Assembly (NCBI GenBank): GCA_964521265.1
Contig: CAZFQY010000001.1
Span: 967-64,966, forward strand
Length of the DNA: 64,000 nucleotides
DNA from: an uncultured Clavibacter sp.
Lineage (GTDB): Bacteria; Actinomycetota; Actinomycetes; Nanopelagicales; Nanopelagicaceae
Reading direction: 5' to 3'
Shown here: piece after piece, positions 8,779-19,496 of the stretch
Numbering within the stretch: the first letter of the stretch is position 1
Layout of the letters: every line of letters starts with the position of its first letter
Translations under genes and position numbers: made by a program
The notes under the pieces: model-generated
Database searches by the model: none
The model's input: only the letters and a program-made list of their open reading frames with translations
Told to the model about the DNA's origin: nothing

Positions 8779-9672
8779 ATGGCTGAGACTCATCTAACCG
8801 GTACTTCACGCGTCAAGCGTGGCATGGCTGAAATGCTCAAGGGCGGCGTCATCATGGATGTCGTAAATGCTGAACAAGCGAAGATTGCTGAGGACTCAGG
8901 CGCTGTTGCTGTTATGGCGCTAGAGCGAGTTCCTGCCGATATCCGGGCACAAGGCGGCGTTGCGCGCATGTCCGATCCTGACATGATTGCAGAAATACAA
9001 GCCTCTGTCTCCATTCCGGTAATGGCAAAAGCTCGGATTGGTCATTTTGTCGAAGCCCAGATACTCCAATCCATCGGAGTTGATTACATAGATGAATCCG
9101 AAGTTTTAACACCAGCCGACTACACCCATCACATAGATAAATGGAACTTCACTGTTCCATTTGTATGTGGTGCAACGAATCTGGGCGAAGCGCTTCGTCG
9201 TATCAATGAGGGCGCAGCGATGATTCGTTCGAAGGGTGAAGCTGGCACGGGAGATGTATCGAACGCAACTACACATATGCGTTCCATCTCTTCAGAGATT
9301 AGGAAACTCTCTTCCATGCGAGAAGACGAGCTCTACGTGGCCGCTAAGGAGCTGCAGGCGCCATATGAACTCGTAAAGGAAGTCGCACAGTCTGGAAAAT
9401 TGCCGGTAGTTCTCTTCACGGCCGGTGGAATCGCCACTCCAGCAGATGCTGCGATGATGATGCAATTAGGCGCAGATGGAGTTTTCGTCGGTTCTGGAAT
9501 CTTCAAGAGTGGAGATCCTGCGAAGCGAGCAGCAGCAATCGTCAAAGCGGTGACCTTCTATAACGATCCCAAGGTTGTAGCTGATCAATCCCGAGGCCTT
9601 GGTGAGGCTATGGTCGGAATCAATGTTGCCGATATTCCTGTACCTCATCGACTAGCAGAGCGGGGCTGGTAA
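8779..9672 (+). CDS. pdxS: Pyridoxal 5'-phosphate synthase, lyase subunit
   Basis: 297 aa. [30 protein letters not shown] and the rest of the sequence are highly conserved PdxS. Confidence 0.97.
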   Translation: MAETHLTGTSRVKRGMAEMLKGGVIMDVVNAEQAKIAEDSGAVAVMALERVPADIRAQGGVARMSDPDMIAEIQASVSIPVMAKARIGHFVEAQILQSIGVDYIDESEVLTPADYTHHIDKWNFTVPFVCGATNLGEALRRINEGAAMIRSKGEAGTGDVSNATTHMRSISSEIRKLSSMREDELYVAAKELQAPYELVKEVAQSGKLPVVLFTAGGIATPADAAMMMQLGADGVFVGSGIFKSGDPAKRAAAIVKAVTFYNDPKVVADQSRGLGEAMVGINVADIPVPHRLAERGW

Positions 9673-9677
9673 CAAGC

Positions 9678-10274
9678 GTGATAGTTGGAGTCCTAGCGCT
9701 CCAAGGCGATGTGCGAGAGCATGTAAGTGCGCTTAGCGATTGTGGAGTAGGCGCAGTTTCTGTACGAAAACCGGAAGAGCTTGAAGCTGTCCAGGCGCTA
9801 GTTATTCCTGGAGGAGAATCGACAACTATCAGCAAACTTGCGCGTTCTTTCAATCTATTTGACCCAATTAGAGCTCGTATTCGTGCAGGAATGCCAGTGT
9901 ATGGATCTTGCGCGGGATTGATTCTCCTAGCAGATCGAATCCTCGATGCAATTGAGGGACAAGAAAGCTTTGGTGGGCTAGATGTCACCGCGCGCAGGAA
10001 TGCCTTTGGCCGTCAAGTAGATTCATTTGAGAGCGATATTGAATTCAAAGGTGTCACGGGCCCAAAGTTCCGTGCGATCTTCATTCGCGCACCGTGGATC
10101 GAGGAATGCGGTCCATCGGTTGAGGTCCTTGCGAAGATTGATGGCCACCCGGTCGCGGTTCGCAGTGGAAATCTTTTGGCCACCTCATTCCATCCGGAAC
10201 TCACAAGCGACAACCGCGTACATCGATACTTTGTCGAGAGCATCTGTGCAAATGCCCTAAAGGTGGGTGCGTAA
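9678..10274 (+). CDS. pdxT: Pyridoxal 5'-phosphate synthase, glutaminase subunit
   Basis: 198 aa. [13 protein letters not shown], catalytic [16 protein letters not shown]. Adjacent to pdxS. Confidence 0.95.
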   Translation: MIVGVLALQGDVREHVSALSDCGVGAVSVRKPEELEAVQALVIPGGESTTISKLARSFNLFDPIRARIRAGMPVYGSCAGLILLADRILDAIEGQESFGGLDVTARRNAFGRQVDSFESDIEFKGVTGPKFRAIFIRAPWIEECGPSVEVLAKIDGHPVAVRSGNLLATSFHPELTSDNRVHRYFVESICANALKVGA

Positions 10275-11035
10275 TGTCCGGTCATTCCAAGTGGGCCACT
10301 ATCAAGCGAAAGAAAGCTCTCATTGACTCTAAGCGGTCGAAAGCGTTTGCAAAACACATTAAGGCGATCGAAGTTGCAGCTCGAAATGGTGGAGCCGATC
10401 CTGCAGGCAACCCAACGCTCTTTGATGCGATTGCCAAAGCGAAGAAGAACTCGGTGCCGAGTGACAATATCGATCGCGCGCTAAAGCGCGCTTCTGGCGC
10501 AGAGGCGGGCGGTTCTAACTACGAAACCATCATGTATGAAGGTTACGGACCGGGAGGAATCGCTTTCCTTATCGAGTGTCTCTCAGATAATCGAAACAGA
10601 GCCGCCTCCGAAGTAAGAGTCGCGGTTACACGTAATGGGGGAACCATCGCCGATCCTGGATCTGTTGCTTATATGTTCAGTCGCAAAGGTGTCTTGTTAG
10701 TCAAGAAAATTCAGTCGAACAGAACCCTTGTCGAGGATGAGATTCTGGAGATTGTTCTTGAGGCGGGTGCTGAAGAAGTTAATGACTTAGGGGAGAACTT
10801 CGAGATCGTTACTGCTCCAACTGATTTGGCAAACACCCGGGAGGCGCTCAAGAAGTCAGGTATCGATTACGAATCAGCTGAGCTCTCATTCCTGCCCTCT
10901 GTTTCGGTGAGCGTAGACGGCGAAACCGCCAAATCCGTTTTTGAGTTGATTGATGCAATCGAAGATGTTGATGACGTTCAGAATGTTTACGGTAATTTCG
11001 ATGTTTCCGATGAGGTAATGGCGAGCCTCTCCTAG
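10274..11035 (+). CDS. yebC: YebC/PmpR-family DNA-binding transcriptional regulator
   Basis: 253 aa. Begins [15 protein letters not shown]. Conserved position upstream of ruvCAB. Confidence 0.95.
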   Translation: MSGHSKWATIKRKKALIDSKRSKAFAKHIKAIEVAARNGGADPAGNPTLFDAIAKAKKNSVPSDNIDRALKRASGAEAGGSNYETIMYEGYGPGGIAFLIECLSDNRNRAASEVRVAVTRNGGTIADPGSVAYMFSRKGVLLVKKIQSNRTLVEDEILEIVLEAGAEEVNDLGENFEIVTAPTDLANTREALKKSGIDYESAELSFLPSVSVSVDGETAKSVFELIDAIEDVDDVQNVYGNFDVSDEVMASLS

Positions 11036-11066
11036 TTGGGATGCCTGTGATTATTAGGCTTCCATC

Positions 11067-11630
11067 ATGCGCGTGCTTGGGATCGACCCGGGACTTACTC
11101 GATGTGGAATCGGCATCGTCGAGTCTGCACCAAGCAAGAAGTTGAAATTAGTCGACTACGGGATAATCCGTACTGATTCAGCTGCGCCGTTGCAGGAGCG
11201 CTTGATGTTGCTTGATGAAACTTTGAGTCAATGGATTAGGCGAATCTCACCCGATGCCATCGCAGTTGAACGAGTGTTCTCGCAATTAAATGTCCGCACG
11301 GCGATGGCCACAGGGCAAGCCGCAGGGATAGCGCTACTTCTTGCCGCAAAGAGTGGAGTACCGATCGCTCTGCACACGCCAACCGAGGTAAAGGCTGCGG
11401 TTACTGGGTCAGGTCGAGCGGACAAAGCGCAAGTAGCTCAAATGGTTGTGAAGATTCTTGGACTTAAAGAGGCCCCAAAACCGGTGGACACCACCGATGC
11501 GTTGGCCCTTGCAATCTGTCATCATTGGCGAGGTTCGTCCTCTAAAGCGTTGACGGATGCAGTCAAGAAAGAACGATCGCGCCTAGGGAAATTGAAGGAA
11601 GATTCTCTGAGAAACCGGAGCCGTAAGTGA
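11067..11630 (+). CDS. ruvC: Crossover junction endodeoxyribonuclease RuvC
   Basis: 187 aa. MRVLGIDPGLTRCG and an RNase H-like fold. Followed by ruvA and ruvB. Confidence 0.95.
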   Translation: MRVLGIDPGLTRCGIGIVESAPSKKLKLVDYGIIRTDSAAPLQERLMLLDETLSQWIRRISPDAIAVERVFSQLNVRTAMATGQAAGIALLLAAKSGVPIALHTPTEVKAAVTGSGRADKAQVAQMVVKILGLKEAPKPVDTTDALALAICHHWRGSSSKALTDAVKKERSRLGKLKEDSLRNRSRK

Positions 11631-12220
11631 TCGCGCATATTTCGGGTCGGGTACTTGAAGTAAGGCTGACCTCACTCATTATTAATGTCGCAGGTATTGG
11701 TTATGAAGTGAATGTTGCCCCAGAAATTGCCAGTAGCTCCAACAAAGGCGACGAGATTGAGCTCTTCACCTCTTTGGTTGTTCGTGAAGATTCCTGGAAG
11801 CTGTATGGATATAGAAGTGCAGATGCCCGAGATCTTTTTGAAGAGTTACAGAGCGTCTCCGGGATAGGACCAAAAGTGGCGCATTCGCTATTGACGGTTT
11901 TTGCTCCCATTGAACTTCAAGGCATCATCGGCACAGGAGACCAATTAGCTCTTGAGCGAGTTCCTGGAATTGGCAAGAAAGTGGCATCAAGGTTGATACT
12001 GGAACTGCGGGAGAGATATAACACGGGCAAGTCCAGAGTTGCGAATACAGGAAGATGGCGTGATTCGCTTATGGAAGCGCTCACCTCGTTGGGCTATTCC
12101 GCGAAAGATGCCGAACGAAGTATCGACCAGACGGTTAAAGCCCTCGACGGAGATCCCTCGGCAATTGAGTTATCAGAGCTGCTGCGAAGGACCCTTGCAA
12201 ATACAAGGAACTCGAAGTGA
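11627..12220 (+). CDS. ruvA: Holliday junction branch migration complex subunit RuvA
   Basis: 197 aa. Two HhH motifs ([21 protein letters not shown]). GTGA overlap with ruvC. Confidence 0.95.
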   Translation: MIAHISGRVLEVRLTSLIINVAGIGYEVNVAPEIASSSNKGDEIELFTSLVVREDSWKLYGYRSADARDLFEELQSVSGIGPKVAHSLLTVFAPIELQGIIGTGDQLALERVPGIGKKVASRLILELRERYNTGKSRVANTGRWRDSLMEALTSLGYSAKDAERSIDQTVKALDGDPSAIELSELLRRTLANTRNSK

Positions 12221-13287
12221 GTAATCCCGATATGAGCAATCCCGAAAAAGGAAGTGGAGATTTCTTGGATGAAAATCTAAGTGCCGAAGAATTCTCTGCC
12301 GAGCAGGCGCTTAGGCCCCACGATCTATCTGAATTTGTCGGGCAGCACCGCGTGCGTGAACAGATAAGTCTTTTGTTAAGAGCGGCGCGGGAGCGGGGCG
12401 CCCCAGCAGATCACATCCTCTTGTCTGGTCCACCAGGACTTGGAAAAACCACGCTCGCCATGATCGTTGCAGAAGAGATGGGTGCACCTATTCGCGTTAC
12501 TAGCGGTCCTGCCATTACCCATGCTGGCGATCTCGCATCGATTCTCTCCTCTCTGGTTGAAGGCGAGATTCTCTTTCTCGATGAGATTCATCGTTTGGCC
12601 AGGCCGGCAGAGGAAATGCTTTACATGGCGATGGAGGATTTTCGTGTAGATGTAGTTGTTGGCAAGGGTCCTGGTGCGACTGCGATCCCATTGAGTCTTC
12701 CGCACTTCACCTTAGTTGGGGCAACTACAAGAGCAGGGCTTCTTCCTGCTCCATTAAGGGATCGATTTGGTTTCACGGCTCATCTCGATTACTACGAGGC
12801 TGAGGAGATTGAGCAGATAGTGCGAAGAAGTGCTTCTTTACTCGGCGTCGATATTGAAGACCGAGCAGTAATAGAACTTGGAAAACGTTCACGGGGCACG
12901 CCCAGAATTGCCAATAGATTACTTAGAAGGGTCAGGGACTACGCCCAAGTCCATGGCGATGGTTCCGTATCTGGAGAAATGACACTAAGCGCCCTCGATA
13001 TCTACGAGGTCGACCAGAAAGGTTTGGATCGCCTAGATCTCGCAATTCTGCGAGCGCTAATCGATCAATTCGCCGGAGGCCCCGTTGGTCTTAGCACCTT
13101 AGCGATGGCAGTAGGCGAGGAGCGAGAGACGGTCGAATCGATGGCAGAGCCGTTTCTTGTTCGTTCTGGCTTCATGGTTCGTTCGCCCAGAGGACGTTCT
13201 GCGACAGCGTTGGCCTGGAAACACCTAGGAAGAGTTCCGCCACCACAAACGCCTGGGCTTTTCGACAGCCTAGATGTAGAAAAGTAG
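12217..13287 (+). CDS. ruvB: Holliday junction branch migration DNA helicase RuvB
   Basis: 356 aa. Walker [14 protein letters not shown] and Walker [10 protein letters not shown]. The start is ambiguous between GTG 12217 and ATG 12232. Confidence 0.96.
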   Translation: MSNPDMSNPEKGSGDFLDENLSAEEFSAEQALRPHDLSEFVGQHRVREQISLLLRAARERGAPADHILLSGPPGLGKTTLAMIVAEEMGAPIRVTSGPAITHAGDLASILSSLVEGEILFLDEIHRLARPAEEMLYMAMEDFRVDVVVGKGPGATAIPLSLPHFTLVGATTRAGLLPAPLRDRFGFTAHLDYYEAEEIEQIVRRSASLLGVDIEDRAVIELGKRSRGTPRIANRLLRRVRDYAQVHGDGSVSGEMTLSALDIYEVDQKGLDRLDLAILRALIDQFAGGPVGLSTLAMAVGEERETVESMAEPFLVRSGFMVRSPRGRSATALAWKHLGRVPPPQTPGLFDSLDVEK

Positions 13288-13298
13288 ACTCTCGCCCC

Positions 13299-14831
13299 AT
13301 GTCCTACGGAACCCCTCAGAGAACTTCTGGCGATGCCAAGAAGGCTCGCCCCGGCAGAACTCTTTTCATTACCCTTCTATTAACCGCAATTTTCGGTGGC
13401 GTCGCTCTCTCCCTTGGCGCAACCTCGATCAACCTCGGTTTAGATCTACGTGGCGGCACTAGCGTCACGTTGCAACCAAGAATTCAAGAAGGTGATACCG
13501 GACAGATAACTGCAGAGGCAATCGATCAGGCGGTTTCAATTATTCGCCAACGCGTCGACTCTCTCGGAGTGGCTGAAAGTGAAGTTACCGCTGAAGGAAC
13601 TGGGACTAATCGACAGATCGTGATCGCGGTGCCTGGAGAAACTGGTCGTCGCATCGTCGACCTCGTTGGCCAGACTGCAGAATTGCGATTTAGACAAGTT
13701 CTTGTCGAGGCGGGTTCGGTGCCTACCCCGAATGATTCAGAGCTTCTTGCAGGGCTAAATCTGAGCGCTGAGGATCAATCCAGATTTGCTTCTCTTGATT
13801 GCACTGCTTTTGATTCGAACGCAACCGTCGATTCTCCCGAATCGGTTCTCGTTACATGTGACCGCAATGGCGTAGCTCGATATGTTCTTGCTCCGGCGGT
13901 TGTTGTAGGTCGAGATGTAGATGGCGCAACGGCAGCAATCGATCCACAGAGCGCGAGTGGTTGGTTTGTCACTCTCGACTTTACTGGCGATGGAACGAAG
14001 AAGTTCGGTCAATTGACACAGGATGTCGTCAACCTTCCGGCACCACAGAATCAAGTAGCGATTGTTCTTGATGGAGTTGTTGTTTCGGCTCCCCGAATCA
14101 ATGAAGCCATTTTGGGCGGCCAGGCACAGATAACAGGTTCGTTCTCGCAATTAGAGGCTCAGGATCTCGCTAATGTCCTCAAATACGGATCCTTGCCATT
14201 GGCCTTTGATCGTGGCGAAGTACAACAAGTCTCACCAACTTTAGGTAATGATCAACTGCGGGCAGGTCTGCTCGCTGGTGGGCTTGGAATGCTTCTAGTG
14301 ATCATCTATTCAATTCTGTACTACCGAGCACTTTCGATAGTTGTTATTGGATCGCTAGCTCTTGCGGCAGCTCATGTTCTCTTGAGCTTGGCGCTCTTAA
14401 CTGAGTCAGTTGGTTACACCTTGACCCTCGCTGGCATTGCCGGAACCATTGTCGCAATCGGTGTCACTGCCGACTCCTTTATCGTCTATTTCGAACGTAT
14501 CAAGGATGAGATTCGCGAAGGTAAACCGCTCCGTGTTGCGGTTGAAACCGGGTGGCAACGCGCCCGCCGCACCATTGTTGTCGCTGACTTAGTCTCGGGA
14601 ATTTCAGCGATTGTGCTTTACGTAGTTTCGGTTGGAAGCGTGCGCGGTTTTGCATTCACACTCGGACTTACGACGATAATCGATTTGATAGTTATCTTCT
14701 TCTTTACAAAACCTCTGGTATCGCTTTTGGCCAGGTCTAGTTACTTCCAGAAGGGCTCAAGGTATTCGGGAGTTTCTTCCAAGAGCGTTGGAATAGTCAA
14801 GGAAGCTGAGATTGCGGAGGCAAAGTCATGA
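13299..14831 (+). CDS. secD: Protein translocase subunit SecD
   Basis: 510 aa. LGLDLRGG motif, large periplasmic loop and C-terminal 6-TM bundle. Followed by secF with an ATGA overlap. Confidence 0.93.
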   Translation: MSYGTPQRTSGDAKKARPGRTLFITLLLTAIFGGVALSLGATSINLGLDLRGGTSVTLQPRIQEGDTGQITAEAIDQAVSIIRQRVDSLGVAESEVTAEGTGTNRQIVIAVPGETGRRIVDLVGQTAELRFRQVLVEAGSVPTPNDSELLAGLNLSAEDQSRFASLDCTAFDSNATVDSPESVLVTCDRNGVARYVLAPAVVVGRDVDGATAAIDPQSASGWFVTLDFTGDGTKKFGQLTQDVVNLPAPQNQVAIVLDGVVVSAPRINEAILGGQAQITGSFSQLEAQDLANVLKYGSLPLAFDRGEVQQVSPTLGNDQLRAGLLAGGLGMLLVIIYSILYYRALSIVVIGSLALAAAHVLLSLALLTESVGYTLTLAGIAGTIVAIGVTADSFIVYFERIKDEIREGKPLRVAVETGWQRARRTIVVADLVSGISAIVLYVVSVGSVRGFAFTLGLTTIIDLIVIFFFTKPLVSLLARSSYFQKGSRYSGVSSKSVGIVKEAEIAEAKS

Positions 14832-15850
14832 GATACAGCGGATTAGGTGGCCGGCTCTATAGAGGCGAGACCTCACTTGAAATTATCGCCGGACGTAAAA
14901 AATGGTACCTACTATCGACAGTATTCGTCCTCTTATCGTTTTTTGCTCTTGGAGTTAGGGGAGTTGAACTCTCAATCGAATTCAAAGGTGGTTCTTCCTT
15001 CACGGTGACAGCTCCCGGGGGCACGATTGATCAAGCTCGAGCTGCGGTTGAGCGAGCTGGGTATACAGAAGAGCTCCGTATCCAAACAATTGGAGATAAC
15101 AAGATCAGAGTTCAAACTGGCGTTATCGAACAGTCGGTATCTAATTCCATCCAGGATTCCCTTGCTGCGGAGTTTGGAATCTCAGTGGAGTCAATTGACA
15201 CTCAAAATGTCGGGCCGTCGTGGGGTGAAGAGATTTCACGTAAGGCGCTTCAAGGGCTGATCGCTTTTCTAATAATCATCATGATCTACCTGGCCTTGAC
15301 CTTTGAGCCGAAGATGGCGATCGCGGCTATCGTGGCGTTGATTCACGATGTATTCATCACTGTCGGAATCTATGCTCTAGTTGGATTTGAGGTGTCACCT
15401 TCTACGGTGATCGGATTCTTAACGATTCTTGGTTACTCGCTGTACGACACCGTGGTTGTGTTCGATAAGGTACGAGAAAACACTCGCGCAATTACAGCAA
15501 CAGGCCGTTATACATATGCCCAGGCTGCAAACCTTGCTGTAAACCAGACAATTGTCCGATCTCTAAACACATCATTGATCGCGTTGCTCCCAGTGGCTGC
15601 AATTCTTTTTGTTGGCGCAGGCCTCCTGGGCGCAGGAACCCTTAAGGATCTCTCCTTGGCGCTATTCATCGGACTTATCGCAGGAACCTATTCATCGATC
15701 TTCATTGCCGCGCCAGTGCTCGTACAACTTCGTGAGCGTGAACCGGCGATAAAGGCGTTGAATCAACGTGTCCTTGCAAGAGGTGGCGGCACAGCTTCTC
15801 CAAGTCAGCGCATCCAACACCGTCGCGATAAGCGGAAAAACCGCTCCTAG
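14828..15850 (+). CDS. secF: Protein translocase subunit SecF
   Basis: 340 aa. IEFKGGSSF motif and a C-terminal TM bundle homologous to the SecD TM region. Confidence 0.93.
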   Translation: MRYSGLGGRLYRGETSLEIIAGRKKWYLLSTVFVLLSFFALGVRGVELSIEFKGGSSFTVTAPGGTIDQARAAVERAGYTEELRIQTIGDNKIRVQTGVIEQSVSNSIQDSLAAEFGISVESIDTQNVGPSWGEEISRKALQGLIAFLIIIMIYLALTFEPKMAIAAIVALIHDVFITVGIYALVGFEVSPSTVIGFLTILGYSLYDTVVVFDKVRENTRAITATGRYTYAQAANLAVNQTIVRSLNTSLIALLPVAAILFVGAGLLGAGTLKDLSLALFIGLIAGTYSSIFIAAPVLVQLREREPAIKALNQRVLARGGGTASPSQRIQHRRDKRKNRS

Positions 15851-15858
15851 CGGATAAT

Positions 15859-18033
15859 TTGCGCATGAGCGCACTACTCGCACCAGTTGCAGAGCGAGTT
15901 CGCCATGCAAACCCCGACGCAGACATCGCCGTAATTGAACGCGCTTTCACGCGGGCAGAATCGGCACACGAAGGCCAACTTCGCAAGAGCGGTGCCCCTT
16001 ATATAACTCATCCAGTTGCAGTCGCTGAAATCCTCGCCGATTTGGGATTGGATCCAAATACCATCGCCGCGGCTCTACTTCATGACACCGTTGAAGATAC
16101 TGAATATTCCTCAGAGTTACTGCGTAAAGAATTTGGTGACGAGATAGCAAATCTGGTTGATGGCGTAACCAAGCTGGATCGCCTGACTTATGGTCCAACT
16201 GCTGAAGCTGAGACAGTCCGCAAGATGGTTGTCGCTATGGCCAAGGACATCCGTGTTCTAGTCATAAAACTTGCAGATCGCTTACATAATGCGAGAACTT
16301 GGCAATACGTATCACCGGAAAGCGCCGCACGTAAAGCTAGGGAAACGCTAGACATATATGCCCCGCTTGCGCATCGGCTAGGAATGAATGCAGTCAAATG
16401 GGAACTCGAGGATCTCTCTTTCAAGTATTTGGAGCCTAAGAAGTTCGATGAGATAGAGCGCTTGGTAGCCGAAAGATCCCCGTCACGTGAGAAATTGACG
16501 AACGAAGTTGTTAGAGCTGTTGAAAGCGATCTGGCCTCTGAAGGTATAGCTGCAAAGGTGACGGGACGGCAAAAGCATCTGTATAGCGTTTACCAAAAAA
16601 TGGTTGTTCGTGGGCGTGAGTTCAACGATATATACGACCTTGTAGGAATTCGAGTTCTCGTAAATGATGTCCGTGATTGCTATGCCGTCCTTGGCGCTAT
16701 TCACGCTCGTTGGAATCCAGTTCCAGGAAGATTTAAGGATTACATTGCAATGCCTAAATTCAACTTGTATCAATCTCTACACACTACGGTGATTGGTCCT
16801 ACGGGCAAGGCTGTTGAAATACAAATTCGCACGCATGAAATGCATCGCAGAGCGGAATACGGAATCGCAGCCCATTGGAAGTATAAGCAAGGAAAAAAGA
16901 CGGGGGAGGACTCTCCCGATGTCCTATGGCTGAAGCAACTTCATGAATGGCAGCAGGAAACCACTGACGTAACTGAGTTCCTGGATGCTCTCAGATTTGA
17001 TCTGCGCACTCCAGAGGTATTCGTATTTACTCCAAAGGGCAGCGTTATCGCCCTCCCTCAAGGTTCTACGCCGGTTGATTTCGCATATGCGGTCCACACC
17101 GAAGTGGGGAATAAATGCGTAGGAGCAAAGGTAAACGGCAAACTGGTCTCCTTAGAGGCTCCGCTAACAAATGGTGACGTTATAGAGATCGTGACGAATA
17201 AAGGGGATAACGCTGCTCCTAGTCGAGACTGGTTGAATTTTGTAAAGTCTCAACGCGCTCGTTCGAAGATAAAGGCATGGTTCACGCGAGAGCGGCGCGA
17301 AGAGGCGATAGATGCGGGGAAAGAGTCCATCGCCAGACAGATGCGTAAGGCGGGTCTTCCGATTCAAAAGATTCTCGCTGGACAGACCCTGCTTCAGCTT
17401 TCACATGATTTGAACTATCCAGATATCGAGAGCCTCTATGCGGCCGTAGGAGATGGCCACATCTCCTCATCGTCAGTAGTAGAGAAGTTAATCTCTGCAA
17501 TCGGCGCTGAGGAAACTCATGAGACACCTCTGACAGAGTTATTGAATGCTGGCAACGTTCCCAGGATCGCGAGACGCAGCGCTTCCGGAGTTAATGTTGA
17601 AGGGATAGATGATGTACTCATCAAATTGGCGCGATGCTGCACGCCCGTACCAGGTGACCCAATCACTGGTTTCATAACCCGAGGTAGCGGTGTAAGTATC
17701 CATAGAAGTGATTGTGTTAATGTCGCTGATTTGAAGTTCCACCAAGGCGATCGAATAGTAAAAGTTTCATGGGATCCTGGAGCCAAGACAGTATTCCTTG
17801 TCAACATCCAAATAGAAGCGCTCGATAGAGCTCGACTTTTATCTGACATCACCCGTGCACTATCTGATCAAGAGGTTAACATTCTCCACGCAGCGGTGAA
17901 TACGACTAAGGATCAGACGGCAATCTCGCGATTCACTTTTGAGATGGCAGACGCCTCACATCTAGATGTGGTCTTGGCATCAATTCGCAAGATCGATGGC
18001 GTCTATGACGTCTATCGAATCACAAATAACTAA
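15859..18033 (+). CDS. relA: Bifunctional (p)ppGpp synthetase/hydrolase, long RSH
   Basis: 724 aa. HD hydrolase domain (LLHDTVEDTEY), synthetase domain (YQSLHTTVIGP), and TGS and ACT C-terminal domains. Confidence 0.96.
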   Translation: MRMSALLAPVAERVRHANPDADIAVIERAFTRAESAHEGQLRKSGAPYITHPVAVAEILADLGLDPNTIAAALLHDTVEDTEYSSELLRKEFGDEIANLVDGVTKLDRLTYGPTAEAETVRKMVVAMAKDIRVLVIKLADRLHNARTWQYVSPESAARKARETLDIYAPLAHRLGMNAVKWELEDLSFKYLEPKKFDEIERLVAERSPSREKLTNEVVRAVESDLASEGIAAKVTGRQKHLYSVYQKMVVRGREFNDIYDLVGIRVLVNDVRDCYAVLGAIHARWNPVPGRFKDYIAMPKFNLYQSLHTTVIGPTGKAVEIQIRTHEMHRRAEYGIAAHWKYKQGKKTGEDSPDVLWLKQLHEWQQETTDVTEFLDALRFDLRTPEVFVFTPKGSVIALPQGSTPVDFAYAVHTEVGNKCVGAKVNGKLVSLEAPLTNGDVIEIVTNKGDNAAPSRDWLNFVKSQRARSKIKAWFTRERREEAIDAGKESIARQMRKAGLPIQKILAGQTLLQLSHDLNYPDIESLYAAVGDGHISSSSVVEKLISAIGAEETHETPLTELLNAGNVPRIARRSASGVNVEGIDDVLIKLARCCTPVPGDPITGFITRGSGVSIHRSDCVNVADLKFHQGDRIVKVSWDPGAKTVFLVNIQIEALDRARLLSDITRALSDQEVNILHAAVNTTKDQTAISRFTFEMADASHLDVVLASIRKIDGVYDVYRITNN

Positions 18034-19328
18034 GCGCTGAACTCGGCCAAACCGCGCTGTGCTTCGGCTAGCCAGATTGATCTAGCCGATGCTGCTTCAC
18101 GCAGTTCAGCAGCTTTGCGAGAGTCACCGGCTGCTTCCGCTCTGGCAGCCTTCGCCTCATAGTCTGCGACGGCGGCGACAAGCTGGTTTACAACCTCCAA
18201 TGCTCTCGCCTTCGCACCTGGATCGGTACGGCGCCACTGTTCCTGCTCAGCCTCTTTGAGTGTCAATTCTACGTTCTCAATACGGCGATCTAATTGTGTC
18301 CGCTTATTTCTTTCGACCATCCCACTCTTGGCGTATTTAGCTTTGAGGTCACGGAATTTGCGCTTGGCATCATCGAGATTTGATATTGGTAGCAAGGCCT
18401 CAATTTCAGCGACCAATGCTTCCTTCTTGACGAGGTTTTCTGCCATAGATTCAGATCTCTTCTCAAGATCGGAATTCTTAGCTGCAAAGAAGGTGTCTTG
18501 GGCGGCTTTGAAGCGCTCCCAGAGTTTTGCATCCTCGTTTTTCTTCCCTCTGCCGGAAGCCTTCCACTCATCCATGAGTGACTTAAATCTACGGGCGGTT
18601 GCGACCCAGTCGGTTGAATTGGCTAGCGACTCCGCCTCGAGAACTATCTTTTCTTTCGCGCTCTTAACCTCGTTCTGCTTCTTAGATAGCGAAGCGAAAT
18701 GGGTTCGGCGCTTCTTGTCGAAATGATTTCTCGCTGCAGAAAAGCGCTTCCATAGCTCGGTGTCCGTTTTTTTATCTAAACGTGGAGCCTTTTTCCAATC
18801 TTCAAGTAACTCCTTTAGACGATCACCTGTAGCTTTCCACTGTTCAGAATCCTTGAGGGTCTCTGCTTCGATAACAATCTTTTCTTTTCCTTCCAAAGCA
18901 GCGGCCCGCTTTGCGGCTTTTGCTTCTACTTCTGCCTGGCGCTTAACTTCATACGCTGATCTATGCTCCTCGATTAGAGAGGGGATTTGCTCTAATGATG
19001 ATTTAAGGGCAAGAAGATTGCCAACACCATTTAGGTGCTCAACTTGATTTCGTAATTTGCTTACAGCCTGCAGCGCAGTCTCAGGAACCATCGCTCCACT
19101 AACGATACGCGCGGCGAGTAACGCAACCTCTGCGGCGACCACCTCAAATTTGCGCACGAAATATGCCAGAGCTTCTTCTGGGGTTTTCCCGGGATAAGAG
19201 CCGACTACGCGTTCACCGTCAGGAGTTTGAACATAGACCAAACCCGCTTCATCTACACGACCATATTTCGCAGGATCGCCAATCAGGGCTGCAGCAGCTG
19301 AATTAGTTGGTAACTCTTGTGCATTCAT
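18030..19328 (-). CDS. DUF349 domain-containing protein
   Basis: 432 aa, highly charged and helical. Repeated units such as ELWKRFSAARNHFDKKRR and KLWERFKAAQDTFFAAK are characteristic of DUF349. Its stop interlocks with the rel stop (4-nt convergent overlap). Confidence 0.8.
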   Translation of the reverse strand: MNAQELPTNSAAAALIGDPAKYGRVDEAGLVYVQTPDGERVVGSYPGKTPEEALAYFVRKFEVVAAEVALLAARIVSGAMVPETALQAVSKLRNQVEHLNGVGNLLALKSSLEQIPSLIEEHRSAYEVKRQAEVEAKAAKRAAALEGKEKIVIEAETLKDSEQWKATGDRLKELLEDWKKAPRLDKKTDTELWKRFSAARNHFDKKRRTHFASLSKKQNEVKSAKEKIVLEAESLANSTDWVATARRFKSLMDEWKASGRGKKNEDAKLWERFKAAQDTFFAAKNSDLEKRSESMAENLVKKEALVAEIEALLPISNLDDAKRKFRDLKAKYAKSGMVERNKRTQLDRRIENVELTLKEAEQEQWRRTDPGAKARALEVVNQLVAAVADYEAKAARAEAAGDSRKAAELREAASARSIWLAEAQRGLAEFSA

Positions 19329-19496
19329 CGGTCTACTTCCTCACTACTCGTTGCGCGACCTAGGGCCGTTGCGGGTTCAGCGGTTTAGAGGGCTCCACGC
19401 TACCCCCGAGGGGAGAATCTGTAAAAGGCTGGCGCGGTCTACCAGCTTTAGCGGCGCAAAGGGCAGAATTCCAACCTAGCGTGCAACGAGAGAGGG

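Noticed and set aside
12220-12245. A short tandem near-repeat at the ruvB 5' end (AGTAATCCCGA / AGCAATCCCGA, encoding SNPD-MSNPE).
   Set aside because: It is only two copies of 11 nt in a poorly conserved N-terminal tail. It matters only for choosing between start codons 12217 and 12232.
18030-19328. The DUF349 protein, and DUF948 at 23339-23746, as possible novel elements.
   Set aside because: Both belong to widespread conserved families and occupy positions commonly seen in Actinobacteria. They are uncharacterised, but they are not new observations.
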